64,000 bases of DNA from Spirochaetia bacterium (GCA_963677925.2 CAXXYH010000004.1:2016001-2080000), one strand, 5' to 3'; counted from the first letter of the stretch, positions 19,886-31,396 are shown. Translations and numbers: made by a program. Notes: generated from the letters alone by a model not told the origin.

Positions 19886-21817
19886 TTATCCCAGCTCCAG
19901 CTTCAGTTGTTCAAGTTCATCCCAGCGCTCAAGCTTAGATGCCAGTTCTTCTTCCTTCTGCTCAATGGAGTCCTGAACTGATTTAGCTTTCTGCGGATCG
20001 GAGTAAACTTCTTCCTTCTGCAGCTGTCCGTTTAACCCGGCAATCTGAGCCTCAATCTCTTCCATCTCAAGCATCAGCTGCTCTTCTTCCCGCTCATACT
20101 TGCGTCTTAGGTTTTTCAGGCGCTTTTCTTCCTGGTGATCGAGTTTTGCCTCGCTGATCTGGGCTGATTGTCCGGATTCCTCATATTGGGCGGCAGCCTC
20201 TTCCAGTTCGTTTTCTTTTCGCCAGAGGTAGTACTTATAGTCGCCGGGAAACATCCGGTGCTGACCGTCCTCCAGTTCAAGAACCTTTGTTGCCAGATTT
20301 TCAATGAAATACCTGTCATGCGAAACAAATACCAGGGTGCCTGTATATGAGTTGAGAGCATCAAGCAGAACCTGTTTTGACTGCAGGTCGAGATGGTTTG
20401 TCGGTTCGTCAAGAATGAGCAGATTCGCCGGATGCAGAAGCAGTTTCAGAAGTGAAAGCCTGTTTTTCTCTCCTCCGCTGAGTACTGATGCGGATTTGTA
20501 AATATCATCACCCCTGAACAGGAAGGCTCCCAGCATTCCGCGTATTTCCGGTATCAGGTGGGTCGGAGCATCAGCTTCCGCTTCTTCAAGGACTGTTCTG
20601 CTAGTGTCGATTGCAGATTCAATGTCCTGGGAAAAATATCCAGGTGCTACTCCGCTGCCGTAATTGATTACTCCGCTGTAATCGCTGTCCACCCCGGCAA
20701 TTATGCGCATCAGTGTAGATTTACCCGCTCCGTTGCGTCCGGCAATTACCAGTTTCTCACCGGCCTCAAGCTGAAGTTCCAGGTTGTTAATTACTTTCAA
20801 ATCTCCGTAAGCCTTGTTAAGCCCTTCTATCCGAAGAACCTGTCTGCCGGAGTGGGGCGGCTGTGGAAACTTAAAGTGTATCTTCTTCATGCTTTCGGGG
20901 ATCTGAATGCGCTCAATTTTATCGAGCTGTTTGATCCGGCTCTGGACCATATTTGCCTTTGAGGCATTGTAGCGGAACCGGTTTATAAACTCTTCAAGCT
21001 TTGCAATTTCTTCCTGCTGCCTGTTGAACTGTTTAATCAGAAGTTCAATTTCTATCTCACGCTTCTTTTCATAAGAGCTGTAATTACCCTTGTAGATCTT
21101 CAGTTTGCCGGTAAACAGCTCGGCTACCTCATTGACAGTGGCGTCAAGAAAAAATCTGTCGTGCGAGACGATGAGGAAGCCGCCCTGAAATGAGTTGAGG
21201 TAGCTTTCCAGCCAGTTTCTTGCCTCAAGATCAAGGTAGTTTGTAGGTTCGTCGAGCAGTATTACATCGGGAGTGGAAAGCAGCAGTCTTGCAAGCGCTA
21301 TTCTCATCTGCCATCCGCCTGAAAACTCGTCAGTATTCCGGCCGAAGTCTGAAACCGAGAACCCCAGACCGGTCAAAATAGCTGATGCCGACTCTTTCCG
21401 TGAGTAGTATCCGCTTCTTTCTATGCTCTCCTGTAGCTCATGAAGCCTTTCAAGCAGTCCGGCGGTTTCAGGCGAATCGGCGTTTACTCCGCTGAGTCTG
21501 TGCTCTATATCTTCTTTTTCAGAGATTACAGGTGATATGTATTCAAAGGCGGTTTCTGCTTCCTCGATCAAGGGTCTGCCTGACATTACAATTCCGGACT
21601 GAGGAAGATAGGCAACCCTTGATTTTTTATCCTTTATAATATCACCGCTGTCCGCGGCTGAAATTCCGGCAATAATTTTCATCAGGGTGGACTTGCCGCT
21701 TCCGTTTCCGCCGGAGAGGGCAGTCCTGCTTTTATCCGATAGATTAAGGTTTATGCCGTCGAGGATTCTTCTTTCCCCGAAATTAAGAGTTATATCAGTT
21801 AGTTGAACATGTGCCAT
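19886..21817 (-). CDS. ABC-F family ATPase (Uup-like C-terminus)
   Basis: Two NBDs (GGNGSGKST/FSGGW/LDEPTN; GRNGAGKST/LSGGE/LDEPTN), no TM segments, coiled-coil tail. Confidence 0.93.
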   Translation of the reverse strand: MAHVQLTDITLNFGERRILDGINLNLSDKSRTALSGGNGSGKSTLMKIIAGISAADSGDIIKDKKSRVAYLPQSGIVMSGRPLIEEAETAFEYISPVISEKEDIEHRLSGVNADSPETAGLLERLHELQESIERSGYYSRKESASAILTGLGFSVSDFGRNTDEFSGGWQMRIALARLLLSTPDVILLDEPTNYLDLEARNWLESYLNSFQGGFLIVSHDRFFLDATVNEVAELFTGKLKIYKGNYSSYEKKREIEIELLIKQFNRQQEEIAKLEEFINRFRYNASKANMVQSRIKQLDKIERIQIPESMKKIHFKFPQPPHSGRQVLRIEGLNKAYGDLKVINNLELQLEAGEKLVIAGRNGAGKSTLMRIIAGVDSDYSGVINYGSGVAPGYFSQDIESAIDTSRTVLEEAEADAPTHLIPEIRGMLGAFLFRGDDIYKSASVLSGGEKNRLSLLKLLLHPANLLILDEPTNHLDLQSKQVLLDALNSYTGTLVFVSHDRYFIENLATKVLELEDGQHRMFPGDYKYYLWRKENELEEAAAQYEESGQSAQISEAKLDHQEEKRLKNLRRKYEREEEQLMLEMEEIEAQIAGLNGQLQKEEVYSDPQKAKSVQDSIEQKEEELASKLERWDELEQLKLELG

Positions 21818-21824
21818 CTTTTAT

Positions 21825-23114
21825 CTATTCACCGGCTCCGGACATAAAAATGACAAGCGGTGAACTGCTTTCCCTCTCTACAATATTCCTGTCAATATCT
21901 GCAGGCGGTACATATACAAGCTTGATTCCAAGGTCTGAAAGCTCAAAGAGAAAGTTGACCAGTCCGCCGGCTGGAATCCCGTCAAATGAAAATGAAATTA
22001 CACCGTCGTAATCTGAAGCAATAGCCGATCCGGGGAAGTAGTTGAGCAGTATTATGCCTGTATTTCCGGATTTATCGGGTATTGCATTGGGTACAAGTCT
22101 TCCGAAGTCGGTCCAGGTAAATGCTTCATCTTCTTCAAAGGTGATTCTTCCGTATGCGGAGCTTGAAACGGTTCCGAGGTCTGCAAGTGCCTGGTATAAA
22201 AGTTCTCTTCTTTCAATTTCCGAGTCAATTCTTTCTTCGATGTTATCTATGTATATCATTGCCTCGGCATATTCACGGTTATTATGTGTGTAATATGCTG
22301 CAATCCTGTCTTCAGAGCGCACCTCAATCTGCAGCGATGTTCCCTCAAAGATAAACCTTCCGCTGTTGTTCCTCGTTATCCTGGAATAATTGAACTCTGT
22401 TGAAAAATCTTCGGTTACAAGTTCAATCCGTTTTTCTTCAGGAAATGAAAAAATTCCTGTGGTTGTCCTGAATCTGGAAAGGTCGATGGTATTTTTTCTT
22501 ATCATATCAAGAAAAAAGTCAGGACGGTATACCTTTGACAGAAAGATATCGAGCATAGGATCTTTTACGCTGTCTGAATCCTCGGTGCTCTGAGTCTTGA
22601 TATTAAAAAGTCTAAGATTCAGATCAAAGCAGTAGCCGGTTGTTCCGTCTTCTGTAAGTACTGTATACCAGTATCCCTCCGATCCCGCAATGGTTTCAGG
22701 TGAAGGCTCTCTGCTGATGATTTTTAAAAGCTGCTGTTCACGAAGTTTGTATACGCGTTCGGACTGAATATCAGGTTCCTGTCTGATTGATAGTCCGTTT
22801 TTCATGGTTTCAGCATAAATGTCTTTGTACTCTGCATATTCTGAAGCGAAGGCCTGGGCATCGCTTTCTTTTTCAAAAAAATTTACTTTCCATCTGCTGA
22901 CTGCGGCTTTACTGCTGTCAGCGGTTTCAAGGGTATATTCGTCTCTGATTTCAGATTCTTCGGTAACAGGCAGTACAGATCCGGCTTCCAGTTTGTTTTT
23001 ATCATCATCCATATAAACAACACCATAGCCGATGGAGCCTGAGCCGCAGGAGTGAAGTGTTGAAAGTATAACAATAATAGAAAAAAGCCGGAGTCGGCGT
23101 TTGGGGTCTAGCAT
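21825..23114 (-). CDS. SH3b-domain lipoprotein
   Basis: Lipobox-like LHSC; GLSIRQEPD...WYTVLTEDGTTGYCF is an SH3b pattern. Confidence 0.75.
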   Translation of the reverse strand: MLDPKRRLRLFSIIVILSTLHSCGSGSIGYGVVYMDDDKNKLEAGSVLPVTEESEIRDEYTLETADSSKAAVSRWKVNFFEKESDAQAFASEYAEYKDIYAETMKNGLSIRQEPDIQSERVYKLREQQLLKIISREPSPETIAGSEGYWYTVLTEDGTTGYCFDLNLRLFNIKTQSTEDSDSVKDPMLDIFLSKVYRPDFFLDMIRKNTIDLSRFRTTTGIFSFPEEKRIELVTEDFSTEFNYSRITRNNSGRFIFEGTSLQIEVRSEDRIAAYYTHNNREYAEAMIYIDNIEERIDSEIERRELLYQALADLGTVSSSAYGRITFEEDEAFTWTDFGRLVPNAIPDKSGNTGIILLNYFPGSAIASDYDGVISFSFDGIPAGGLVNFLFELSDLGIKLVYVPPADIDRNIVERESSSPLVIFMSGAGE

Positions 23115-23186
23115 TAAAGCCTCCGTTTGCGTGTTGTAACGCTATTTTGTACTTTATTTACTGTTTACGCAAGTGTTTATGGCTGA

Positions 23187-24047
23187 CTACATTCTGCAGA
23201 TAATGAGAATACGGCCCTCTTTGATGAGTCTGCTGTTAAGTCCGCTGTAAAGAATTTTACGGGCGGATTCATCCCTGATGATCATGTCGGTATGATTATT
23301 TCCGAATATCTGAACAGCTGTAGTACGGTAGGGGTACTGTCCTATTCTGTTTTCAAAATCAGATTCATCTGTTGTTTCCGAGTACATCACGAATCCCCAC
23401 CTTTCAAGGTATTCGGGATCAGCCATATCTGCGGAAGCAACAATTTCCATATCCTGATTATAAATAACCGGAAAGAGCGCCGGCTGAAGTTCTCCCTTTG
23501 TTTCTCCTTCACCGTAGAAGGGCAGGGTATCATAGGCATAAATGATGATTCCTGAAAAAACTGCGGACGGTTCGTAGTTAAGTTCCTGAGGCGTGGGGGT
23601 TCTTCTTCCCTGTATATCCAGGAGAAGCGGAATTATATCCTTGTAGATATTGTACTCGTATACGTTTTTTATAGTACTTAGATCCATGCTCATGTTGCTT
23701 GAGATTCTGGTCATTGAAAAATTGAGATCTTCAAAACGGCTTAGCCTGTCATGATCCATCTGAAGCCATTCGCCGACGCTGTAAAGTGAATCAAGGTACA
23801 TTCCGTGAAGTGCATCGGTGGCAATACCTGAAAGCTTGCGGTCGATTATTTCCGAGATTCTGAACCTTTCGGATGTTATATTGCCTGATTTTCCGGTAAT
23901 AGGTGCTTCTGCTGTAATCCGGATGATTCCGGTAGTCCAGCTGATATCAATATCACTGGTAATTTGATCCTGGCCGGATGCTGAAAAAGCAGCTGTAAAA
24001 AATAAAATGCAGAGTAAAATATATCTGAAAGTTCGTGACTGTATCAC
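23187..24047 (-). CDS. Conserved exported protein of unknown function
   Basis: Signal peptide; FSGIIIYA...LQPALFP...RIG..P pattern; overlaps upstream gene by 4 nt. Confidence 0.6.
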   Translation of the reverse strand: MIQSRTFRYILLCILFFTAAFSASGQDQITSDIDISWTTGIIRITAEAPITGKSGNITSERFRISEIIDRKLSGIATDALHGMYLDSLYSVGEWLQMDHDRLSRFEDLNFSMTRISSNMSMDLSTIKNVYEYNIYKDIIPLLLDIQGRRTPTPQELNYEPSAVFSGIIIYAYDTLPFYGEGETKGELQPALFPVIYNQDMEIVASADMADPEYLERWGFVMYSETTDESDFENRIGQYPYRTTAVQIFGNNHTDMIIRDESARKILYSGLNSRLIKEGRILIICRM

Positions 24048-25305
24048 TGCTGGTTTCCTCCAGGTACCTGAATGACAGTACCGGCTTTAATGATTCCGTC
24101 AGCTGGAATGCCGTTGTTTGCAGCAAGGGTTTCAGCGCTGGTATCGTGTTTCATAGCTATACTCCACAGTGTATCGCCTGAGATAACCGTGTATGGAACG
24201 GTTTGGGCCCAGGATTCGGTTTCCCCGCTTTCTATCCGGTAGGGGCCTGTGTCGTTTATAACCGGAATGATTATATTCTGACCGCTTCTGAGTGTCTGCG
24301 GATTTGCACCCGGATTATAGCTCTGAATCATAGACACAGGTATCCCGAAATGTTTTGAAAGCGCATAGAATGTGTCGCCGCTCTGAATTACATGAATGTA
24401 GAAACGAAGCAGCTTCTCATCATCGTTTTCAAGCACATTTACTATATTATCGGTGAATTCGTATGGAACCTTCAGATAATACCCGGAACCGGCCGGAGGA
24501 GTAATTCCGTAGCGAAGTTCGGCATTTCCCTGTTCAAGTACTGAAAGCGGTACCCCCGATTCCTTTGCCAGCATATCGAGATCAACGGCCTGTTTAAGTT
24601 CTATTCTTTTCCAGTAACCCGAAAGCGAAGCCTCATCTTTTTCCGTGTAGAATCCGTAACGGCCGCGATGTGTAGCGATATGGATAAATGCCAGAAACTT
24701 CGGCACATAATTTCTTGTCTCTTTGGGTATAAGCCCCTGCTCATAGAGTTCGATATAATCGGTACTGCCGGAAGCTGCAACAGCACGCTGGACTCTTCCC
24801 AGCCCGCAGTTATAGGCGGCAATGGCCAGGAACCAGTCGCCCAGTTTGCTGTAATTGTACTGAAGCTTGGATAATGCCGCCTCTGTAGCCTTCCAGAAAT
24901 CCCGGCGATCATCCTGCCATTCATTAACGTCTATATCATAGGGTGAAATGCTGTTCATCATAAACTGCCAGAGCCCGGAGGCTCCGGATCTTGAAACAGC
25001 CCATGGTTTGAAGCCTGATTCGATTGCCGGCAGGTACATAATCTCTGGCGGCATCTCCCTTTCAAGCAGAAGATCGTAGATGAAGCCGGCATAGGGCTCT
25101 GATCTTTTGAGAATGCTCACTACGGTTTTGCGGCCGTGTTCGGTGAGATATTCGCTTATGTAATAATCAATAAGGGGATCTGCCGGCGGAGTAATGGAAT
25201 AAAGATCCGGTCCTCCTATATCATGAAATCCTGTAATCTTGATTTCAGAAGAAAATGCCGTAACGGCGAGTATGCTGAAAATTATAAAAAAAAAACTTTA
25301 TTCAT
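24044..25305 (-). CDS. MltD-like lytic transglycosylase (SLT + 2 LysM); 5' end frameshifted in a T10 tract
   Basis: IESGF, ASGLWQFM, AAYNCG, ETRNYVPK, two LysM domains. The frame is open upstream of the track start to 25297. ATG at 25305 reads MNKVFFL* and is out of frame with the hydrophobic FFFIIFSILAVTAFS. Confidence 0.85.
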
Positions 25306-26437
25306 CCCTGTTCCCGGAGAAGGGCTTTTCACCTAGGTAGATCCCGGCCCATTCCCATTTTCCGTTTATTTCAGGATCGGCAGGAAATGATATTTTCCTG
25401 AAGTATAAATACCAGGTAGGTATACGGAATGACCATCCCCATGTTTCAAGGTAGGCTTCCTGAAGGTTTGAGTCAGAGTTCAGCTCAGAGGCGCATCGTA
25501 ATCTGGAAGTCATGAAAATACCGATATCCGAATAAAATCCTTCGATATCGTCGATTGTATTCTCATTACTATCCTCTTCCCAGGCCTGCGTAAAGAAGTT
25601 AACCTTTGCCATGTATCTGTTAAGTCTTGATGGGTTTCTGCCCCATATAGCCCACTGAACATACTTTGTAAGATCTTCAAGGCTGTCCATTATCCAGCCT
25701 TTGTCGCGGTAATCGTAAAAGGCTATCATATCCGCTATCTCTGTGTGAGCCTGGGGTTCTCCGGGGATTTTACTGTCCGGGTAAAGCAGGAAATTACGGT
25801 ATGCCTGCACGGCAAGGGCCCACTCTCCAAGTTCCTCATATGTTTTGCCCATGTAGTAATAAACCGGTCCCTTATCGATCAGTTCCAGATCAGTATAAAG
25901 CTCATCGGGCTCGCTGAATCTTGCAATCAGCTCCTTGTAGTAGTTAACCCTGACTGCGGGTTCTTCTATCATCTGAATGAGGTTCTTGAGGCATATGTAA
26001 TGAACTGATCTTCCCTGAACCAGAAGGTCGGGATAGTTTTTCAGAATCCGTTCGTAGTAATGAGTCGCAAAGGGATAGGCCCCGTTGTTGTAATAGTTTT
26101 CAGCTACTATAAGCAGGTAGTAAGCATTAAATGGATTGTCAGGATGATTTTCCACGTATGCGGTAAGAAAAAGGTTCAGCTTTTCGGCCTTATCAGCCTG
26201 ATGCAGAAGTTTTATGATCTGCTGAATAAGAGCAAGAGCACTCTCGTATTCGCCCTCGTTTTCCTTCACACCCTCAAAGAGGATTCTAAGCTGCTTTTTT
26301 TCTTCGGAAGTTCCATCGATGTAGTAGTTTACCGGATCAAAGAATCTTGAATACACCCAGTCTTTCGGGTTTCTGCAACCTGTGAATGAGAGCAGAATCA
26401 GTATTGCCGCGATTGAAGTAAATATTATCCTGCGCAT
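25298..26437 (-). CDS. TPR-containing lipoprotein
   Basis: Start MRRIIF, lipobox FTGC; TPR YYYMGKTYEELGEWALAVQAY. Confidence 0.75.
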   Translation of the reverse strand: MRRIIFTSIAAILILLSFTGCRNPKDWVYSRFFDPVNYYIDGTSEEKKQLRILFEGVKENEGEYESALALIQQIIKLLHQADKAEKLNLFLTAYVENHPDNPFNAYYLLIVAENYYNNGAYPFATHYYERILKNYPDLLVQGRSVHYICLKNLIQMIEEPAVRVNYYKELIARFSEPDELYTDLELIDKGPVYYYMGKTYEELGEWALAVQAYRNFLLYPDSKIPGEPQAHTEIADMIAFYDYRDKGWIMDSLEDLTKYVQWAIWGRNPSRLNRYMAKVNFFTQAWEEDSNENTIDDIEGFYSDIGIFMTSRLRCASELNSDSNLQEAYLETWGWSFRIPTWYLYFRKISFPADPEINGKWEWAGIYLGEKPFSGNRDE

Positions 26438-26534
26438 ATCAGATTGAGATTCTATCACAATCACCTGCTTATTGAAAGGGGCCATGTGATCTGATAAAAT
26501 CAGGCTTAACGTACTACAGAGGAGTATTTCAATT

Positions 26535-27743
26535 ATGGAACAGAAAATATCCATGAAAGACGGGAAACTTCAGGTTCCCGATTCCCCGGTAATTCCCTAC
26601 ATTGAGGGTGACGGGATTGGGCCTGATATCTGGGCTGCCGCAGTAAAAGTTTTCGACGCAGCAGTTAAAACCGCCTATGGTGATAATAAAAAAATTGTCT
26701 GGAAAGAAATCCTTGCCGGGCAGAAGGCTTTTGATTCTGTTGGAAGCTGGCTGCCGGAAGAGACTGAAGCCGCTTTCAAGGAATACCTTGTCGGTATAAA
26801 AGGACCTCTTACAACACCGGTAGGCGGCGGAATCCGCAGTCTCAATGTTGCTCTGAGGCAGAGGCTTGATCTATACGTATGTCAGAGACCTGTAAAGCAT
26901 TATCCGGGTATCCCCGGCCCGGTAAAGAATCCGGATGCGATAGACATGGTTGTATTCAGAGAGAATACCGAGGATGTTTATGCAGGATATGAACTTAAGG
27001 CCGGTGATCCGAAGACTGCGGAACTGATAAAGGCTCTCAAAGATATCATGGGCTGGGAAATCAAGCCTGATTCAGGACTTGGAATTAAACCTATGAGTAA
27101 ATCAGGTACTGATCGTCTTGTACGTGCTGCAATTGAATACGCAATCAAGCATAACCGGAAGTCGGTTACCCTCGTTCATAAGGGCAACATAATGAAGTTT
27201 ACTGAGGGTGCATTCAGGGAATGGGGATATGAACTTGCAAAGAAGGAATTCCCCGGAAAGGTCGTCAGCTGGGATGAATGCGGCGGAAACCCGCCGGAGG
27301 GCACCATTCTTATCAAAGATGTTATTGCGGACGCTTTTCTACAGCAGATTTTGACCAGACCTGCCGAATATGATGTTGTAGCTACTATGAATTTAAACGG
27401 TGATTACATCTCTGATGCTCTTGCAGCTCAGGTAGGGGGAATCGGTATTGCCCCGGGTGCGAATATCAACTACACCACCGGTGCAGCTATATTTGAAGCA
27501 ACCCATGGCACTGCTCCCAAATACGCCGGCCTGAACAAGGTAAATCCCAGTTCTGTCATTCTTTCCGGAGCAATGATGCTGGAATACCTTGGCTGGACGG
27601 AAGCTGCGGATCTGATAGAGAAGGGAATCACAGCTGCAATTTCTAAGAAAATAGTAACATATGATTTTGCCAGACTGATGGACAATGCTACAGAGGTCTC
27701 AACTTCCGACTTCGGGCAGGCTATCATCGACAACATGTGTTAG
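26535..27743 (+). CDS. icd: NADP-dependent isocitrate dehydrogenase
   Basis: [48 protein letters not shown]. Confidence 0.97.
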   Translation: MEQKISMKDGKLQVPDSPVIPYIEGDGIGPDIWAAAVKVFDAAVKTAYGDNKKIVWKEILAGQKAFDSVGSWLPEETEAAFKEYLVGIKGPLTTPVGGGIRSLNVALRQRLDLYVCQRPVKHYPGIPGPVKNPDAIDMVVFRENTEDVYAGYELKAGDPKTAELIKALKDIMGWEIKPDSGLGIKPMSKSGTDRLVRAAIEYAIKHNRKSVTLVHKGNIMKFTEGAFREWGYELAKKEFPGKVVSWDECGGNPPEGTILIKDVIADAFLQQILTRPAEYDVVATMNLNGDYISDALAAQVGGIGIAPGANINYTTGAAIFEATHGTAPKYAGLNKVNPSSVILSGAMMLEYLGWTEAADLIEKGITAAISKKIVTYDFARLMDNATEVSTSDFGQAIIDNMC

Positions 27744-29455
27744 AAAGGGAAAGAACACTGTGTAGGGAACGGTCGTTAAGGACTCATTCCGTCAGAACAA
27801 AACTAATAGTCTCAATATTTGCTCTGTGCACAGTGCTTCCGTTTTTATTTACATGCACATCGCAGGCTGATGTTCATGAAAGCAGTGAATTAAGCGTACA
27901 GAGTGAAGAGCTTGATATACTCGAAACCTGCCGACGTAATATCGGTATAGCTTCACCGGATACCCTTCGGGCCGCAATGCAGATGCTCTCAGAGAGTGAT
28001 GCAGGGCGGTCTGAGGCAGGCCGGGAGTACTACTACATTGCCGCACGGCTGATGGAACTGGTATATCCTATTGTTTCTTCGGAGCAGACAGCTCCTGATG
28101 CACCGGCCGGCAGTATCTACCCCGGTATTTTTGAGTCGGTAAAAAACGGCAGGTATCCCGAAGTTCAGAATGATAAAATTTCTTTTTTCAGTGTTCTCAT
28201 TTCTCCTGTAACTGTTCTGTTCTCCCAGGATAAAACCGTTGAAATCCTAAGTTCGGACAACCTGGAGCAGGCAATATCGATGAACTCAAGGTCTGTCCTG
28301 CCGGTTTTTCTCAGCGGATATATTTCTGAACGCAACAATCTTTATGATGAGGCAATTCTGTCATACAGCAGGGCGCTCGAAATGGACCCCAGCTGTTATC
28401 CTGCTGAGCTGGGAACTGCAAGGGTGTATATGGCTACCGGCAGGGAGGATCTCGCCGCAGATTTGATGGATATGCTGACGGCGCAGTACCCGTATTCAGC
28501 TGTTATTCTTAAAACCGCTGCCGAGACCAGGTTTTCAATCGGAGATTACACAGGAGCCCTTGATTTTTCATCCGATGTGCTTCGCCTGCTTCCGGACAAT
28601 CCCGAGATACTCCTTCTGAGGGCCGAGATTTTCCAGAAGCAGAAGAATACCCAGCAGGCTCTCCGTCTGATCGAAGTCCTTCAGCGTATGCGCTACACAC
28701 CGGCTGAATTCTATACAGTTAAATCAGAAGTTGAAAAAGCCCAGGGTGCTCTGCAGTCGGCGATAAACACCCTGCAGGAGGGGCTTAAAAAATATCCCGA
28801 CAGTAAGGAGCTTAAAGCAGGTTACGGCACAGCGCTTATTCTGGCCGGCCGAAAGGATGAGGCACGGGAACTTCTCGGAGGGACCGATGAAGCTGCAGAT
28901 ACCGAGAGTCTGATTGTTCTCATCGATGACGCGGTTAAATCACGGGACTGGGATGCCGCCTTCGGATATGCCGAACAGCTTGAAGCACAGAAGATGGATG
29001 TTCGCTCCGGCCGGGCCGCCTGGAATGCCTGGTACAAGGGAGGGAATACTGAAAAAGCCCTGAATATTTCCCAGCAGCTTTACAGTGAGTATCCTGCTGA
29101 TATTGATGCTTCAATTATGTATATCCGCAGCCTCCTTTCTCTCAACAGAAGACTCCAGGCAGAGCGTATCCTTGAAACGGCGCTTCCGGCTGTTACTGAT
29201 TCTGCAAATAAAAGCGAACTACTTTACCTGCAGAGTCTGACGCTTGATAATGAAGATGAAAAGCTGCAGTCCCTTCGTGCTGCACTTTTTGAGGATCTTC
29301 AGAATACTGATGCCCTTGTTGAGATAGCTGATCTCTATGTAGAGATGGGGGATGTCAGGAAGGGCTACCGCTATATCAAGCAGGCGGCGGCAATTCTTCC
29401 GGATGATCCCGATATCGCCGCGGAACTTCAGCGGATAGAGGGGCTGCTTCAGTGA
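27737..29455 (+). CDS. TPR repeat protein, probably exported/lipoprotein
   Basis: Hydrophobic N-terminal segment ending LFTC; many TPR-like helices; start uncertain. Confidence 0.75.
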   Translation: MLERERTLCRERSLRTHSVRTKLIVSIFALCTVLPFLFTCTSQADVHESSELSVQSEELDILETCRRNIGIASPDTLRAAMQMLSESDAGRSEAGREYYYIAARLMELVYPIVSSEQTAPDAPAGSIYPGIFESVKNGRYPEVQNDKISFFSVLISPVTVLFSQDKTVEILSSDNLEQAISMNSRSVLPVFLSGYISERNNLYDEAILSYSRALEMDPSCYPAELGTARVYMATGREDLAADLMDMLTAQYPYSAVILKTAAETRFSIGDYTGALDFSSDVLRLLPDNPEILLLRAEIFQKQKNTQQALRLIEVLQRMRYTPAEFYTVKSEVEKAQGALQSAINTLQEGLKKYPDSKELKAGYGTALILAGRKDEARELLGGTDEAADTESLIVLIDDAVKSRDWDAAFGYAEQLEAQKMDVRSGRAAWNAWYKGGNTEKALNISQQLYSEYPADIDASIMYIRSLLSLNRRLQAERILETALPAVTDSANKSELLYLQSLTLDNEDEKLQSLRAALFEDLQNTDALVEIADLYVEMGDVRKGYRYIKQAAAILPDDPDIAAELQRIEGLLQ

Positions 29456-29931
29456 TAAAACGAATAAGTCCGCCGAGTATGCTCACGGTATTTTTTGCCC
29501 TGCTTTTATTTTTTACCGGAGCGGCTGTTTTCTCACAGCATGTAGAATCATCCAATGAGTGGGTTGGCGTTCTTAAAATGCCGGAGGGCGAGGTTATTTC
29601 ACAGCTTGCAGGCTCTTTCCACATTTTCAGCGGAAGTGAACTGGGCAGCATCGCCGATCGGGTGGTTGTCTGCAATGACGGCACTTCCTACTGGTTTGAT
29701 TCGGGGAAAACTGTTCAGATCAGATTCAGTCCTGAGTTTCCTGGAAGCTCAGGCGGACTGTATATCGGAATGCAGCGTCTTGAGGTAATATCCATACTCG
29801 GGAGACCCTGGAAAATTCAGGATGAATCAATGTTTTATAATCTGCCATGGGCGGGATTTCCAGTCCGGACAAGGCTTGTTTTTGACGGCAATGCTTTAGC
29901 TGAACTATACCTCTACAGGAGTGACTATTGA
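29452..29931 (+). CDS. Hypothetical exported protein
   Basis: Signal peptide; overlaps previous stop (GTGA) and abuts aroE. Confidence 0.6.
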   Translation: MIKRISPPSMLTVFFALLLFFTGAAVFSQHVESSNEWVGVLKMPEGEVISQLAGSFHIFSGSELGSIADRVVVCNDGTSYWFDSGKTVQIRFSPEFPGSSGGLYIGMQRLEVISILGRPWKIQDESMFYNLPWAGFPVRTRLVFDGNALAELYLYRSDY

Positions 29932-29932
29932 T

Positions 29933-31396
29933 ATGGCGCTTATTTGTCTGAATTGCGGTGAAAGCACACTGACTTCAAATCTTAAAATAACTGAAGAATA
30001 TAAAGATACAATAGATCTTGCAGATATTAATGCGGGTTGTCTCAATACAGAAGAGCCGGATAAGCTTGATCGGCTTTCTGCAGTAAAGGGATTAATTTTA
30101 TCCTTCAGCGGCGGCTCTGTCTCTGAGACAGAGATAGTAAAAGCACTGTCTGATGATGTTGAATTAAGCCGAAAGCTTTTTGGATACTGCAGTTATATAA
30201 GTGTAGATGTTGATCTGCCGCCTGAATATTCAGATCTTCTTATCAGCCTTGCGGAGGGCTTCGGAATTGCGGTAATAAAAACTTTTTATGCCGACGGACC
30301 GTATAGTAAGGATTTTTCAGACAGAATCACAGCCCTGTCGGAAAACGGCAGGTTTGCCGTCAGGGCGGTTGTCAGCCCGAAGAATACTAAAGAACAGCTG
30401 CAGCTCTTTGAGGCGGCAGCAGGGCTTTCCTGCCTTGATTATGTTTTTGAAGCTCTCGGCGATTACGGTGTGCCGGTGAATCTTCTTTCCGGAAAATTCG
30501 GCGGTCTGTATATGAAAGCATTTTCAGAAGACAGTTGTTCTGCTCACTGGCAGCTTACACCGGAACAGCTGAAAGATATATACAGGTTTAGAAATATATC
30601 TCAAACTACCTCTGTTTATGGAATAATCGGAAACCCTGTGATGCACAGCAAGTCACCCTTTCTTCATAACGGCGGATATGAACATTCGGGTATTGATGCT
30701 GTATATGTCCCTTTTCAGACAGATAATCCCGGGCTGTTTCTTGAAAAAGGTCCGGAGCTCTGCGGAGTCAGGGGGCTTTCGGTGACGGTGCCACATAAGC
30801 AGGCGGTCATCCCTGTTCTCAATGTAATCGATGATTCAGTTGAGCGGATCGGAGCCTGTAATACGGTTGTATACGATCAAGATTCACACGGCTGGGCTGG
30901 ATATAATACCGATTGGCACGGCTTTCTTTATCCGCTGAATGGTACAGAACTGAAAGGAAAAACTGCTCTGGTCCTCGGCGCCGGCGGTGCTTCGAGATCT
31001 GTTGTTTATGCTCTGTTCCGTAAGGGGATGGATATTACGATAGTAAACCGCAGTGTAGACAAGGCCAGGAGTCTCGCTTCCGAATTCGGTACCGGTTATG
31101 ATGAAATTAAAAATGCAGGAAAATACACTGACTCATTTCTGGTAGTTCAGACTACGAGTGTGGGCATGAGTCCTGATGTCGGTTCATCACCGGTGGCCGA
31201 ATATAATTTTGATTCCAACGGAATAGCCTACGATATAATCTACATTCCTGAAAAGACTAAATTCCTTCAGATGGCTGAGGCCGCGGGGGTTCATATCATG
31301 AATGGTTCGTCAATGCTTGCTTCTCAGGGGCTTGAGCAGTTCAGGCTTTTTACCGGAGAAAGCCTTCCTCCTTCTGTGTTTGGTCTGCAGGATTAA
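29933..31396 (+). CDS. aroE: Shikimate dehydrogenase with N-terminal degenerate type I DHQase-like domain
   Basis: GIIGNPVMHSKSP, SVTVPHK, GACNT, NTDW.G, LGAGGA; extra ~225-aa N-terminal AroD-like region. Confidence 0.88.
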   Translation: MALICLNCGESTLTSNLKITEEYKDTIDLADINAGCLNTEEPDKLDRLSAVKGLILSFSGGSVSETEIVKALSDDVELSRKLFGYCSYISVDVDLPPEYSDLLISLAEGFGIAVIKTFYADGPYSKDFSDRITALSENGRFAVRAVVSPKNTKEQLQLFEAAAGLSCLDYVFEALGDYGVPVNLLSGKFGGLYMKAFSEDSCSAHWQLTPEQLKDIYRFRNISQTTSVYGIIGNPVMHSKSPFLHNGGYEHSGIDAVYVPFQTDNPGLFLEKGPELCGVRGLSVTVPHKQAVIPVLNVIDDSVERIGACNTVVYDQDSHGWAGYNTDWHGFLYPLNGTELKGKTALVLGAGGASRSVVYALFRKGMDITIVNRSVDKARSLASEFGTGYDEIKNAGKYTDSFLVVQTTSVGMSPDVGSSPVAEYNFDSNGIAYDIIYIPEKTKFLQMAEAAGVHIMNGSSMLASQGLEQFRLFTGESLPPSVFGLQD

